Positions 26,641 to 40,087 of a DNA stretch of 64,000 nt are shown here, piece after piece; positions within the stretch are counted from its first letter, which is position 1, and the number at the start of each line of letters is the position of its first letter. Source of the DNA: Eledone cirrhosa (taxonomy: Eukaryota); assembly GCA_964016885.1 (NCBI GenBank), contig OZ024741.1:336040001-336104000 (forward strand), given 5' to 3'. The notes beneath the pieces were generated by a model that did no database searches, was not told the origin of the DNA, and worked only from the letters and a program-made list of their open reading frames with translations. The position numbers were made by a program, and so were the translations under genes.

Positions 26641-27584
26641 TTTATTATTATTAATAGTAGTAGCAGTAATAGCAGTAGTAGTAGCAATAGTAGCAATAGT
26701 AGCAGAATAATGTTTAGATTATTTCCTTTTTTCTTTGGTAAATAGTTGTGAAGAATAGTGAAGAAAGTTGAGAAATTGGTTTATTTATTTCATTTGATGT
26801 AACATCATTTTCCAATAGTCTTGGAGCATATGAATCTGATAAGTATTTGGTGACAAATTGGCAGAGTCTAATCCATGCTAGCGTTAAACGATGATGATGA
26901 TGATGATGATGATATATATATATATATATATATCTTACTCTCTCTAAATCCATGGAAGATGAAATTCAAACTTTGAGAAATCAAACCTGGGAGACACAGA
27001 ATTGATAGATGCAACTACAGTCATTGGAACACTTTACCTGCCTCATGCACCTCATGCTCATGCGAGCTTCTAAGTCTAAGACACAGAATAAGACACTGTT
27101 ACCTGGCATCTATGCAATTAATTAGTATTGATTGGAAATATAATTAGGAGAAGACTAGTTTCCTTTGTTCTTTACTCACAAACTGGTTTTAGTCATTAGA
27201 CTGTGGCCATGTTGGAGCACTGCCTTTGAAGGTGTAGGCAGTCATAAAACCCTGCATTGATTTTTTTTAAAGTCTGGTACTTATTTTATCAATCTCATTT
27301 GAGTCACTAAGTTATGGGACATAAACAAACAACACAAGTTATCATGCAGTATAAAGGTAGCCACAGACATGGACAGACAGACAGACTCACATACATACAC
27401 ATACACATGTTTATTTTTGTGTTTTGTTACTACACGAGTAAGGGAGAACCATTTCAAATAAATGTTCAGTACAGAATGGTGAGAATATATTTTTGACATT
27501 ATAATAATTGTTTCTACTTTTGGCACAAGGCCAGCATTACTGGTACTTTATAATAATGTCAATTAAATATATATTATTTTATTC

Positions 27585-27648
<64 letters not shown>

Positions 27649-27786
27649 CACGGAGCTCAGCCATCGGGGTCCTGACTCTTTTCCTATATAATATAAAGGA
27701 CAAATTCTTAATATTTACACTCTGCCATAGTATAGAGTGCTGATTTTGGTACTTTCCTCAGTAAACCAGAAATCTACTGAACCACC

Positions 27787-27824
<38 letters not shown>

Positions 27825-27825
27825 C

Positions 27826-27870
<45 letters not shown>

Positions 27871-28447
27871 AAGTGATGAATTGGTAGAGTCATTATAATG
27901 TCAAATAGAATGCTTTGCAGTATATTGTATATTCATTCCATCTCTCTGCTCTCTGAATTCAAATCCTGCCTCAGTCAACTTTGACTTTCATCATTTCAAG
28001 GTTGATAAAAAACGTACTAGTCTAGTCTAATACTGGGCTTGATTCTTCCTTTATATGTCTTTCACACTTTTTTCTCTCACTCTCTATCCTTCTTGGGAAG
28101 AAATCTGCTGTTTCCAGACCTGCAGATGGATGGACTTTTCCTGGCTTAAAAGATCCTAGAAATGCTATGTCACTAGAGCAACCCAATAATTCCATCAGGA
28201 GCTACAAGACCTTGAATACATATATATATATATATTGTGGACTTCCATACAGTTTCTATCTACCAAATTCCACTACCAAAGTAATGGTCAACTTGAGTTT
28301 ATCGTAGTGGGACTAAATCTCAAACTCAAAAATCACATTATTGCATAACAAACTTCTCAACCAGAAAGCCATGCCCTGGAAATTTTAAGTTTTTGAATCT
28401 AAAAATTTAATAAGAATTTAGTGTTAGAAACATATAGTTGATGGATG

Positions 28448-28762
28448 GGAAGGCATATGGCTTAGTGGTTAGGGTATTAGAGTATTCACCTAATGTAAGG
28501 TGATTGTAAGGTCAGGAGTTCGATTCCCAGAGGTGTATTGTGTCCTTAAGCAAGATTTTCTATTTCATGTTGCATCATTCCACTTAACTGGCAAAAATGA
28601 ATTGGACAGCCTTGTCACACATTGTGTAATACCGAATCTCCCTGAGAACTATGTTAAGGGTACACATGTCTGTGGAATACTAAGCCACTTGCACATTTAG
28701 TTGCCTCAAGCAGGCAGTTCCGTTGTTTCTGGAACACTTGTGGTCGGATCTGACAGAGCTCT
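28448..28762 (+). mobile_element. tRNA-derived CORE-like SINE with a different tail, followed by a (CAA)-rich tract to 28940
   Basis: A-box tggcttagtgg, B-box gttcgattcc, CORE-like tgtgtccttaagcaag. Confidence 0.7.
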
Positions 28763-29496
28763 AACAACACACCAACAACAGCAACATTAGCAACAACAAT
28801 ATCTACAGCAACAACAACTGCAACAATAACAACAGTAAAATCAGCAACAACGATAACAATAGCAGCATTAGCAACAACGATAACAACAACATTAGCAGCA
28901 AAATATAAACAGCAACATTAGCGACAACAACAACAACAAGATGTCTGTTGATTCAAACTGATATTTTCAGAAGAAACAAATTGAGTTCTTCTTGGCAGTT
29001 AAACTTAATTTTTACATCTGAATTCAATTTGAAATATGTTGAACTATAAATGAGAATGACATAGAAGGTTGAAGTCAATACAGATACTGTTGTTTGATCT
29101 GTTTCAAACAGAGAATTTATATATCGCCAAAACAGGGTTAGCGATATATATTTTCACTATCTGATGGAGTAGATATAAAATATATATTGAGGTAAACATT
29201 CTATATTTCAAACACTTCACTTTGTTTCCTGACTAGTGCCATCCATACTCTTCTTTTTTTATATTTCATTTATTTATATTTATATATATTTTTTTTATTT
29301 TTTTTTAATTTTTTTTTTTACAATTTTCTATATTTTTTCTTCCACACTCGACTAGTCACTTGCATAATGATACAGTCTTCTGATGAAATATAATAGGAAT
29401 ACAGTTCTTTCACATTACATTAAAGAAATAATCCACCACACCATCGCGACCAGTGTAGATGTCAATGCATATTTGTGTGTACGCAGGTGTGTAAAA

Positions 29497-29530
<34 letters not shown>

Positions 29531-30083
29531 CTGTATATATGTATATATACATACATACATATGAATAGACATTTATGTGAATATATGTACAAAAGCATAG
29601 ATGTGCATAATATGTATATAGAGAGAGGGAGAAATACACAGACATATATGTGCACAGGCATGCATACTCTCATACATACATCATACATATTCATGCATAC
29701 ATATGTACATGCATACATACATACATGCATACATACAAACATACATCATACACACACACACACTATATATATATATATACACATGTACATACAAATACAG
29801 ACACACTCGCCCATATATCCAGCATACATATATGCACACAGACACACACATACATACCAGCTGCACTCATCAAGTATCACCAGCTATGAGGGGTAGAAAT
29901 ATTTGCCAGGAATACGTACAGTAGTATGCTTTAAAATAGATCCCAGATCAGTTGAGTAGAAATACTCCATACATGTTTTGCCATTTCTATAGGAAATATA
30001 TATATAAAATATTATATATTCAGTAGAGTTTACTGTATCAAGTTGAATATTCATATATTACTTAGCATAGCATCATCATCGTC

Positions 30084-30114
<31 letters not shown>

Positions 30115-30198
30115 CCACCAACACCCCACTCTCCTGAGCGTGAAATTAATAAACATTCGTTGTACTGCCTCTCTGTTTTGTCCCTGTTCAAATTTTTC

Positions 30199-30252
<54 letters not shown>

Positions 30253-30261
<9 letters not shown>

Positions 30262-30441
30262 AAAGGTAAACAGAAATAACAACACAATCGGTACAGTATA
30301 TGAAAGGGATATATTAGGTTAATGCTTGATATAGCAGGAAGAGGGTCTTAACGTTTCGGACGTTAGTCCTTCATCAGAAGAAATAATGAAAAATAAGATA
30401 GATTGAGGGACAGACGGGATGGAATTGGAAAAAATGTCTTT
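30253..30441 (-). mobile_element. Short hammerhead-bearing repeat; best-preserved minimal HHR at 30346-30381
   Basis: tctt-CTGATGA-A-GGAC taac GTCC-GAAAC-GTT-aaga gives a 4-bp stem I, a 4-bp stem II and a palindromic ACGT stem III. The 3' end abuts (TA)n. Confidence 0.88.
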
Positions 30442-30508
30442 AGATAAAAATAACAGGTCCATTCATATGGACATCTCTTGCAAAACTGTTGGATTTATAT
30501 ATATATGA

Positions 30509-30635
30509 TATGTACAGATTAAAGTTTAAGCAAAGAATCACTACATTCACCCTTTTATGTGATCTTCTGAGTTTCAGAAAATCCCGTAAAAGGGTGAAAA
30601 CAGCGATTCTTTGCTTAGACTTTAATCTCTACATA
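30509..30635. mobile_element. Fold-back element with hammerhead-like CAGAAGA cores
   Basis: ~60-bp arms centred at 30572. Consensus CAGAAGA-tCCC gtaaaa GGGt-GAAA. Confidence 0.6.
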
Positions 30636-30849
30636 CAATAAATATTTGCTCTACCGGTTTATATATATATATATATTTTGTATATATATATAATCCTTAT
30701 TGAGTCCTCTTTGGATTTTAGTCTTCACATTTATTATTATCATATATATATTATTTATTCATGTTCATACATGGAACAAAGGTGCTACATAAGGTTTCAA
30801 GGCCCAATATTGACCATAGCTCTAAGAGGGATCAAATTTGTGACATATA

Positions 30850-30905
<56 letters not shown>

Positions 30906-31194
30906 CATATATATATACACACATATATATATATGTATAGGTAACACGGTAAAAAGCTCCCAGTCTACACTGTAAATGTGGTTGGTGTTAGGAAGGGCCC
31001 CGTAGAAAACCTGCCAGATAGTCCTATACGAGCGAGACACAGTCACCTGACCAATCTTGCCTCAAGTGGGACCACTCCAGTATAACCCATGCTAGCATGG
31101 AAGATAGATGTTAAACGATGATGATGATGATGATGATGATGATGATATATATATATATATATATAAAGAAAAAAAGATGAAAAAAAGATGAAAA

Positions 31195-31400
31195 AAAGAT
31201 GAAAAAAAGATGAAATCGAAATGCAACTGGAGTCTTATTTTTAAAAATATATATATATTTATTTGGTTCCTTAACAGGTTTTGCAGTTCTTCTGCTTTTC
31301 AAAAGTAGAGTTGAGATGGAGGGTCTGTGGTTTTTTTTTTAAGACTCCAGTTGCATTTTTTTAAGACTCCAGTTGCATTTTCGATTTCATCTTTTTTTTC
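31195..31400. repeat. Inverted repeat enclosing a decayed U3-A8 hammerhead (31269-31306, -)
   Basis: Arms aaaagatgaaatcgaaatgcaactggagtctta / aagactccagttgcatttttcgatttcatcttttt. The minus strand reads ctt-TTGAAAA-GCAG aagaa CTGC-AAAAC-ctGTT-aag. Confidence 0.6.
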
Positions 31401-31481
31401 ATTATACTTTCACTCGTGTAGGACACCTCGGTTATTTTTCATTTTGTAAAAAAAACCTCACTTTCTAATATATATATATAT

Positions 31482-32141
31482 AAGGGAAAAATTAGAAATA
31501 AGAGGGATCAGATGTTGTTTACTCGAGAGAAGGCTACGTTGGTATCGTCACGTGATGCGCATGAAAGACGACAGCTGTATAAAAAAGTGCAGGGCAATAA
31601 AGATAGACGGTAGCCACGGAGTAGGCAGACCCAGAAAAACCTGGGACGACCTGATAAATTCCGACCTCACACACTTACACCTCTCCAAGACAATGTCACT
31701 GGACCGAGATCTTTGGCGGCACTCAGTAATAGAGAAGACCCGCCTTACCTAAATACAAAGTAAAACCTACTAGAGTCAGTAGGCATCTCTAACAAAATAC
31801 ACCCCCGTCCCACCACCCCACCCCAACCACACCGCCCCTTTCAATGTAAAGTTATGTTGGTGCCACAACATCCAGGCCGAAACAAATGAGATCGTGTAGG
31901 TGTCACGACAAAAAAACACACAGTCCACGCTGTAATGTGGCCGTGTAGGCAACACGGTAAAAACCTCCCAGTCCCACATTGTAAATGTGGTTGGTGTTAG
32001 GAAGGGCATCCAGCTGTAGAAAACCCGCCAGACAGTCCTATGCGAGCAAGACAACCACTCTTGCCTCAAGTGGGAAAACTCCCGTCCAAACCCATGCAAG
32101 CGTGGAACATGGACGTTAAATGATGATGATGATGATGATGA
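31482..32141 (+). mobile_element. 5'-truncated RTE family A copy
   Basis: Near-identical to the 3' end of the 6735-8602 copy. (TA)n on both sides. Shorter RTE tails occur at 30942-31146 and 32420-32565. Confidence 0.95.
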
Positions 32142-32186
32142 TATATATATATACATATATATATATACATATATATGTGTGTGTGT

Positions 32187-32412
32187 AAAGATCCCATTAC
32201 TCCTTGTGGAGTGGTAGAAACACCGTCCAATGGCATGTCAAGGGGTCTTTTAAACATGGCTGAGCCAAACCCTCTCCAGGACTGGTACTTTTTTAGCGAC
32301 CTCGAAAGGATGAAAGGCAAAGTTGACCCCAACGGAATTTGAACTCAGAGCGCGCAAAGAGGTGGGATGATTACCATAAAGCATTCTATCCGTTGTCTTA
32401 ACAACTCTGCCA
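32187..32412 (-). mobile_element. Meta-like SINE variant with extended 3' tail (second copy at 60087-60372)
   Basis: The ggatgaaaggcaaagttgacc body is joined to a ~95-bp tail (aaagatccca...ctccagg) in both copies. Confidence 0.75.
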
Positions 32413-32563
32413 TATATATATCATCATCATCATCATCATCATCATTTTACGTTCGCTTTTCCCTGCTTGCAAGGGTGGGACGGGAACTGATTCTGGCTTG
32501 ATTTCTACAGCTGGATGCCCTTCCTAACACCAACCACATTTACAGTGAGTGCTGGGTGCTTTT

Positions 32564-32610
<47 letters not shown>

Positions 32611-32640
32611 ATAGATATTAATAAATATATATATATATTA

Positions 32641-32760
32641 ATAAATTCAATACTACATGGACATGCATTTTGTTGAGCAAACTCAACTTATTCAACTTGA
32701 ATGAGTTGAGTTCACTCAACAAAGTGCATGTCCTTGCATTCATTGTACTATTGAATTTAA
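32641..32760. mobile_element. Fold-back element with decayed hammerhead-like arms
   Basis: Centre at 32696. Arms read ...ATGA-GTTGAG tt(c/t)(a/g) CTCAAC-AAAA-TGCAT-GTC. Confidence 0.55.
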
Positions 32761-32806
32761 TAATATATTAAAACTTGTCCCATGGATATCTTTACCAACT
32801 TATTAC

Positions 32807-32857
<51 letters not shown>

Positions 32858-32901
32858 TGACAATATGAAAGAATATGAAATGAAAGCAATAACAAAGAAC
32901 T

Positions 32902-32951
<50 letters not shown>

Positions 32952-33143
32952 TATTGTCGTTGTAAGCAGAATATGTATAGGTGAAGAAGTTATAATTATA
33001 ACTTAATTATAATTAACCATATTGTCTCTAGTCACCCAGTCTTTGCCTAATATATATATATCTCTGGGGCTGAGACCAGGGAGACTCCAAATAAGAGTAG
33101 TACTCAATGCATGGGAAGTAGCAGAGTTAGTATGAATTAAGGT

Positions 33144-33260
33144 ATAAACCCAACTGCCTAGTGGTTTCAGCTTGTATGTAGCAAGTCTTCCAAAGGGTAT
33201 ACCCTGGAGAAGGCTTGCTATATACAAACCAAATCCACTAGGCATCATGGTCGGGTTTAT
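33144..33260. mobile_element. Fold-back element whose two arms reconstruct a complete hammerhead
   Basis: Centre agggtataccct. The arm consensus is cc-CTG(G)AGA-A-GGCTTG n7 CAAGCC-GAAA-CCA n10 TGG-TC-gg. Confidence 0.7.
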
Positions 33261-33340
33261 TCATTACTTTATATAATATAAGCAAGTATTCACCAAGATA
33301 AATATAGACTTCGGCGAGAAAGGAAAGTAGGAATTTATTG

Positions 33341-33435
33341 GCTTTAACATATGTTTTTGTGTCTGGCTACAATTTATATTGTTCTAATTTATATTGTTGT
33401 AATACTTAATTATTTATCGCAAGTCTTCAGAAAGC
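33341..33435 (-). ncRNA. Hammerhead-like motif with long stem-II insertion (G12 lost)
   Basis: gcttt-CTGAAGA-[~68 nt]-AAAC-ATAT-GTT-aaagc, followed by AATAAA. Confidence 0.55.
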
Positions 33436-33664
33436 TTGTAATTTCCCTGCTTGGATATTTATGCTATACGAACCAAAGGATACCATTGAGTCAAATTCTC
33501 TGGTAAGCAGTTATCTTGTTTAAGCATTCGTTCTTGACATACATAAACAAAACCTGATCTATCCTCACATATATATATATATCTCCAGAGACATTGGGGT
33601 TTACATATACTGGAAGTTAATTCAGCATTATGAAATACTAACAGAAAGAGGTAGTGTAGGCATA

Positions 33665-34110
33665 CATTGGACAAAGTGTTGGAGAATGACAAAGCAATAA
33701 CACTTTAGGAACTGCCAATACATACTGTTAGAGAGTTGAAGGTTAATTGACCAGATATTGTATTCAAAGACCATCAGGGAAAGAAATGTCTCTCAATTGA
33801 TATATCTTTCTCAACAGATGACAATATATGTCTGAAAGAAATGGAAAAATTATTCAAATGTAAAGACCTGGAGATAAATAAAAGCCTGAATCTGGATGAT
33901 TAAATAATCCTTAAATAATGGGTGGGTGCTCTGGGAATGATTAAAAAACAGACATACATAACCAAACTCCCTTTATTTACAAATATATACAACATAAAGA
34001 AAATAGCACCACATATTATGAAGAGAACTTTCTATACAATTGAAACAACACTGCACATATCCAAGGACCACAGGGTTGTACCCAGTAATGCAATGACAGT
34101 GAACAGTGAA
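33665..34110 (+). mobile_element. R4/Dong-type non-LTR element, restriction-like endonuclease remnant
   Basis: DKVLENDK...N*PDIVFKDHQGKKCLSIDISFSTDDNICLKEMEKLFKCKDLEI...VGALGMI matches the RPDI...ID...KE.EK..KY.DL...GALG RLE pattern. Confidence 0.8.
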
Positions 34111-34577
34111 AGTGATTTTTCTTTTCTTTTTTTAAGGTTTCTCTAGAAATCAGTTGCTAGGTGAAGTGTGCTAATTGATCTCAGATCAATTCCTGATCTC
34201 ATAGCTCAATATATCGTGTAGGATTTTGGTAGCGCTAGTAATGGTAGAAATGTGGGCACTGCCTATAAAATTGAGGATCCCAAGGCTTTTGATGAAAAAT
34301 GTAAATAATAGTAAAGAGTAGTTATAATAATTATATTAATATTGATAATAATAATAGTGTGGCTAATACCACATAACATCAGGATAATTCTAGTTGTCAT
34401 CAGAGCAAATAGACCTCAACTCAGATATTGTTCTCCTATAAAGGACTGTCCTGTTGGGTATTGCCCTGGAAAGTAATATTTAAGATCCTCGTTGAGACTG
34501 ATAGACAGTAGAAGATCCAGTAATCATCATATTTCATGTATAAAATAGCAATAATGATAATAGTAATAATAATAACA

Positions 34578-34955
34578 ATAATAATGAATTCTTTATTAGC
34601 CACACAGGGCTCACATTAAGGAAACATTAGAGAATGTACAGGATGATACAGTGTGAGTTTTTCTTTATGTAAAATAGAATTTATAAAAGAGACAAAGAAA
34701 ATAAATATTTGAAACAAACATAACAATATCCCCAGAGGTGAGAAGACTCTAAGGGTCACTTGTGGAGAAATCCCACAAAAGCCATGGTCCCACTGTCCAC
34801 TAGGGCAAAGTACCCTCTTCTAGTTTTTCTACTCCAATCTACAGGCGTATGCTCAAGGCAGGCCCATTCACATGGACCATGTTCGCTACTCTCACTCACC
34901 TTTCAACAAAATGGCTGGAAGGCAGCACTTCCCTCTTCACCCTGATTTTCCTCTT
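34578..34955 (-). mobile_element. 3' fragment of the same L1/Tx1 family as 24128-26172
   Basis: Reverse-complement similarity to ~25806-26170 (KRKIRV...FVER). (TAA)n on both sides. Confidence 0.8.
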
Positions 34956-35214
34956 AATAATAATAATATAAAGAGTGGAGTGCTCATGTAGGGAGATGGT
35001 ATAAAATAGCTTATGAAATAGAATGAATGCTCTTAAAAACAGAAAAAGGAGTGACAATAGCAACTTCTTTTTCTGTCTCAAAGGACCTTTACCTTATTTT
35101 ATAAGCTATTTTATGGCATCTCTGTGCATGAGCACTTCATTCTTCATACCAACTTTATTCCCTCAGTGCTTCGTAAAAGTCCAAGAGATCGGCTACAATA
35201 TTTGTTAATAATAA

Positions 35215-35396
35215 TAACAATAATTGTTTCTACTTTTGACACAAGTATATTACTGGTACTTTATTTTATCAACCATGTAAGGATGAAAGGCAAAGTTAAC
35301 CTCGGCGGGATTTGAATTCAAATCATAAAGGGAGGTAACTCTATGCTGCAAAGCATGGCATCCGACCCTCTACCGATACTGCCAATTCACCGCCCT
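35215..35396 (-). mobile_element. Meta/MESC-like tRNA SINE
   Basis: Reverse complement of the 63367 family. Other copies lie at ~27870-28030, 38125-38262, 41128-41240, 53455-53570, 53645-53770, 58258-58600 and 62075-62115. Confidence 0.8.
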
Positions 35397-35879
35397 CATA
35401 TAATAATAACAATAATAATGCTAATATATAAATGCATCAATAAACATAATGGTAAAAATAGTAGTGATAATATAATACTAAGTTTTGTTTTCAAACATTC
35501 AATAAATGTGTTGTATTTTGTGTAACCGAAGTGGTAGTTGGCAGAATTTTCTGAAATGTGCAACTCAGGTAAAAACCAAACTTGACAATATACAGTATTT
35601 ACTGCTAATTCAGACTGCCTGGCTTGAATGAAATAAATTTAATTACAGCTAAAACAAAAGATACTCTTTAAATGTCATTAAATTTTAATAATTCAGTTAT
35701 ATTTTCTTCTCTTCTGTTTGCAATTATGCATATATGTGATAGGTATGTATGTGTGTGTATGTATATATGTATATATATATATATGTTTACATATATATAT
35801 ATATAAACATAAACATATATATACATACATGTATATATACACTTATATATAGCCAATATATAGACATGTATATATATAT

Positions 35880-35936
<57 letters not shown>

Positions 35937-36059
35937 TTACTAAGAGTGTAAAAATTTAATTCTAATAAAACATTGCCATACATGAGTTAATCTGTATATA
36001 TTGAATTATAAATGAGTCATACTTTTAAAAAGTATTAGGAGATAGGAAATTTTGTTCCC

Positions 36060-36468
36060 CTTCCTTTGCGAACCCATGTCACTTTACTTTCACCCCCGCA
36101 CACTTCTAAACTATCAAGCAACCAACTAGCCAGCCAGGCAGCCAGCACAACCAGCCAGCCAGTCACTCATTGACTGCAACAGACATAACATCTATATACA
36201 CCTCACTTAGTTATAACTGCAGACCTCTCGCTCTGTCTATCTCTCTCACTCATTTACTCTCGCTGCTCATTCTCTCTATCTATCTCTCGCCTCTCTCTCT
36301 CTCTCTCGCTTTCCCATATATCCACACAACAACACAGGCCAAGCCATATAAAACTCTACTTGCATATACAACAGCAGCCAGCCAGCAGTGACTACACAAC
36401 TCTACTGCAGGATACATACATGTCTCATTTAACGACAAACTGTATTGGATTTAGTGACTCAAGTAAGT
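36060..36468 (+). promoter_or_regulatory. Candidate promoter / 5' non-coding exon of the protocadherin, ending at donor AA|GTAAGT (36462/36463)
   Basis: A unique, locally C-rich island (cagc repeats, CT tracts) with no TE similarity seen, ending in a consensus 5' splice site. A matching acceptor lies ~40 bp upstream of the Pcdh ATG. Confidence 0.5.
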
Positions 36469-37404
36469 AAGCAAGCTTCTCATCATTTTCTATATATTTA
36501 TATATTTTATAATAAAATTTTATTTTAACCCTCCCAAGTCAAAATAAAAAAAAAATGTGAGGAATGATAGCTGAAGAAAGGTTAAAAAAATAACACATAA
36601 ATACAAGATATTATTTTTCTATCTTGTAATATTTTAAAACTAAATGAAAAAACAGTTAGATTTTGATATACATAATATATATATTTACACAAACATACAC
36701 ACACATGTATATATATATATATACATGCACACTTATATAATATAAATATTTCTACATGCACATTATAGATCTATATGTATATACATATATATAGATATAT
36801 GTGTGTGAAAGAAGTAACAAAATATTTACATAAGTCATGGTATTGTTTTTTATATATATATCTTATGTTATGCACATTTTAAAAATATTCTTGGTGAAAA
36901 AGTTAGAAATATATAACTGTGGTCTCCCTCTAAAGTTTTTTAGACTCAATATCTAGTACTGTATTTTACTTCCATAGTTATGGCTAGTCAGTAAATTTTC
37001 ACTTTAAAGCAAAAAAACTTGTCATAGTTATTTTATTTTTCAAACATTTATTTATTTCTAAATCCATATATTTAGTTTTTGCACCCATATTTTTAATTTT
37101 TGTTTTGTTTTGTTTTTCTTTATTGGCTTGCTCATATTTTCCATTTTGGCATGGTTCCTATGGCTGGTTGACATTAAGAGGGGCAGCAGCCAACCATAGA
37201 AACCATACCCTGTTAGATAATGTATGAGCAAGATCTGGTCCTCTGACCCATCTGGTCTCAGACCAGGACAACTTGTCCAACCCATGCTGATATGAAAACA
37301 GATATAAAATGACAATGATGATGATGACTTTAAGAGTTGTTGTGTCAACAGATTAAACTATTTTTGTTAATGCTGAAGTATTATCAGAGAACATGTACGT
37401 CTAC

Positions 37405-37575
37405 CCAGTACTACCACATCAGCAGTACTACCACATCAGCAGTACCACAACATCAGCAGTACCAACACATCACCAATACCACCACATCACCAATACCACC
37501 ACATCACCAATACCACCACATCACCAATACCAACACATCACCAATACCACCACATCACCAATATCACCCCACAGA
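37405..37575. repeat. 17-bp minisatellite (caccaataccaccacat)n
   Basis: About 9 tandem units. Confidence 0.85.
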
Positions 37576-39415
37576 CACTTTCATAAACCTTCAATTTTGT
37601 GCTTCTTTATATAAGGTACCAAAATCATACTATTAATCTAAGTTGGAATGCTCTTGTTTTTTAAACATTGTTGTTGTTGTTGTTGTTGTTGTTTGGAGTA
37701 TATTTATTGCTATAAAATGTTAACAGAGTTATGATTTGAGTAGAAGTAGTAGTACATTAGGCTACTTGGTTTTACTTTTCTTTTTTTGTGTTTTTTGTTA
37801 TCAAGCAGGTTGTCTCATTTCTAAGACTGAGTCTGTATTTTCTCAGGTGGTTGTCTTATTGTTAAGACTGAGTACCTATTTTATCCTGCTGGTGACAATG
37901 AAATACTTATTAGAAAGACAAATAAATCAGATGAAGGGCTCTTAACTCCTGGGGTTTGGGGCTGGAGGGGTGTTGACAGTGCCCATCCCTTTCCATGTCT
38001 GAACACAGCTGTTTTGTTCTGAGAGTGAAGGGAAGAACCAGCCCTGATACTGAAGTGATATTTTATTTATCAACCTCAACAGGATGAAAAGAGATTTGAG
38101 CCAGAACAAATCCTGAGGCATTAACGCATAGAGTTACGGCCCTTGCCATTCTGAGTTCAAATCCCGCCGAGGTTAACTTTGCCTTACGGGGTTGATAAAA
38201 TAAAGTACCAGTAATGTACTGGGTAATTTGCTGGCCTTGTGCCAATAGTAGAAACAATTATTAAACCAGCACACTAATGACTCTGTCAAGTTTACTGGAC
38301 CCTCTTCTTTGACAGAAAGTTACCCTTTGTCTAAATACAAGAACTCATTATTATACAAAATAGGAAAGCAGTGGTAAGGACATACACAGTATTTGGTATT
38401 GAAAAGTCAAATTAGATTATTTAACCCTTTTGTTACCATATTTCTGATGAAAAAACAGCACCTATTGTTTTCAAATAATCAAGAATTTGGCAAGATTTAG
38501 TTATATACCTAACTTTCTCATTATTAAGCTGGTTTTCGGAATATAACTTAATAAAGGTTCTTACATAAAATTATGGTGAATAAACATTTGAAACAAACAA
38601 TTTGTATTGTGGAAGCAGGAGTAGTTCCAAAGTGTTAGTGTCAAAATGATTAAATTATATATATCAGCATCACTATCTTGTAGTTCTTTAGACTTAACCC
38701 TTTTGATACCAACTAGCTCTGGTTTTTCCAACAAAATAGGTTCCCTATTTAAATATATATCTTATAACATGATTTTATATAAGAACCATATGTTTATATC
38801 ATATTCTAAAAATGAAATCATTAATGATTTTAGTAAATCCCTCAAACTTCTTCATTAATTAATTAAAATATTAGTCCACACTGTAATGTGGTTGGAGTTA
38901 GTAAGGGCAATCAGCCATAGAAACCAAGCCAAAATGCAGATCTGTATGATCATGTTGGTCTCCAGGCCTGGCTTGTCTCATAACTTGACAACCCATCTAA
39001 CCTATGAAAGCATGGAAAAATGGATATTAAATGATGATGGTGATGCATTTTATTAGAATGTGTTAAATTATCCACACAACTATATACTTCAAACCATATC
39101 AGTTAACAATTTTGCTTTTCAAATACCCACGATCATGTAATATAAAAACATACCTGCAAAATACGAAGCGTTGATTAAATGTACCTGGTGCACCCAGTAG
39201 GGTGTGGGAATGTATGTGAAATGCCCCTACCTCCATAGCCTGTCAATTAAGTACTGACTTGGTCTTGGACCATCCATCCACGTTTTGAGAGCAGGGAAAG
39301 CAGATATTTAATAATGATGAGGACTATATTTAGTTTGTAATTTGTTAGGATATTTTATTATATGTAATGTAATACAGATGGCCCAGATTGTAAAGAACAA
39401 GTCCTAAGATCTTAC

Positions 39416-39574
39416 CAGGGTCGTCTTAATGCATGGGCACGCTGGGCAGTTGCCTGGGGGCCCCACGAGGATAGGGGGACCATTTGTATTTTTATTCCTG
39501 TGAGTGGTTGTGTAGGTAGGGAGCCCAGTTCTCTGCTTTGCCCAGGGGCCTATAATGCTGTTAAGACGGCCCTG
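39416..39574. mobile_element. hAT-type MITE
   Basis: TIRs cagggtcgtcttaa / ttaagacggccctg. 8-bp TSD gatcttac / ggtcttac (7/8 match). Confidence 0.9.
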
Positions 39575-39935
39575 GGTCTTACTTATATGTAATTCATACT
39601 AACTGATTTTGACACTTAGATTTCTGAGTTCAAGATATTTTTGAGTTCAGCATTTACTAAAATTAGTACCTCTGTTACATTATACACTAGTATAGTGAAA
39701 CCTCTGTTATACTATACACTAATATATTTAAAGATATTTCATCAATTACATGATGGGAATCAAGTGTTGTATGCATTTATATTAACATCAATATATGATA
39801 TATATATATATATGTGTGTGTATGTGTGTGTATTCTTTATTAAGGCCAATGTATATATATATATATATATATACATACACACACACACACATATATGTGA
39901 GTGTGTGTGTGTAAGTGTAATCTTTATTAAGGTGA

Positions 39936-40002
<67 letters not shown>

Positions 40003-40087
40003 TATGCACACACTTTCTTTCACTTACACACACATATATGTGTTGAACAATGGAAACAAAAATTGAAGTTTAGTACTTAATGAATTC

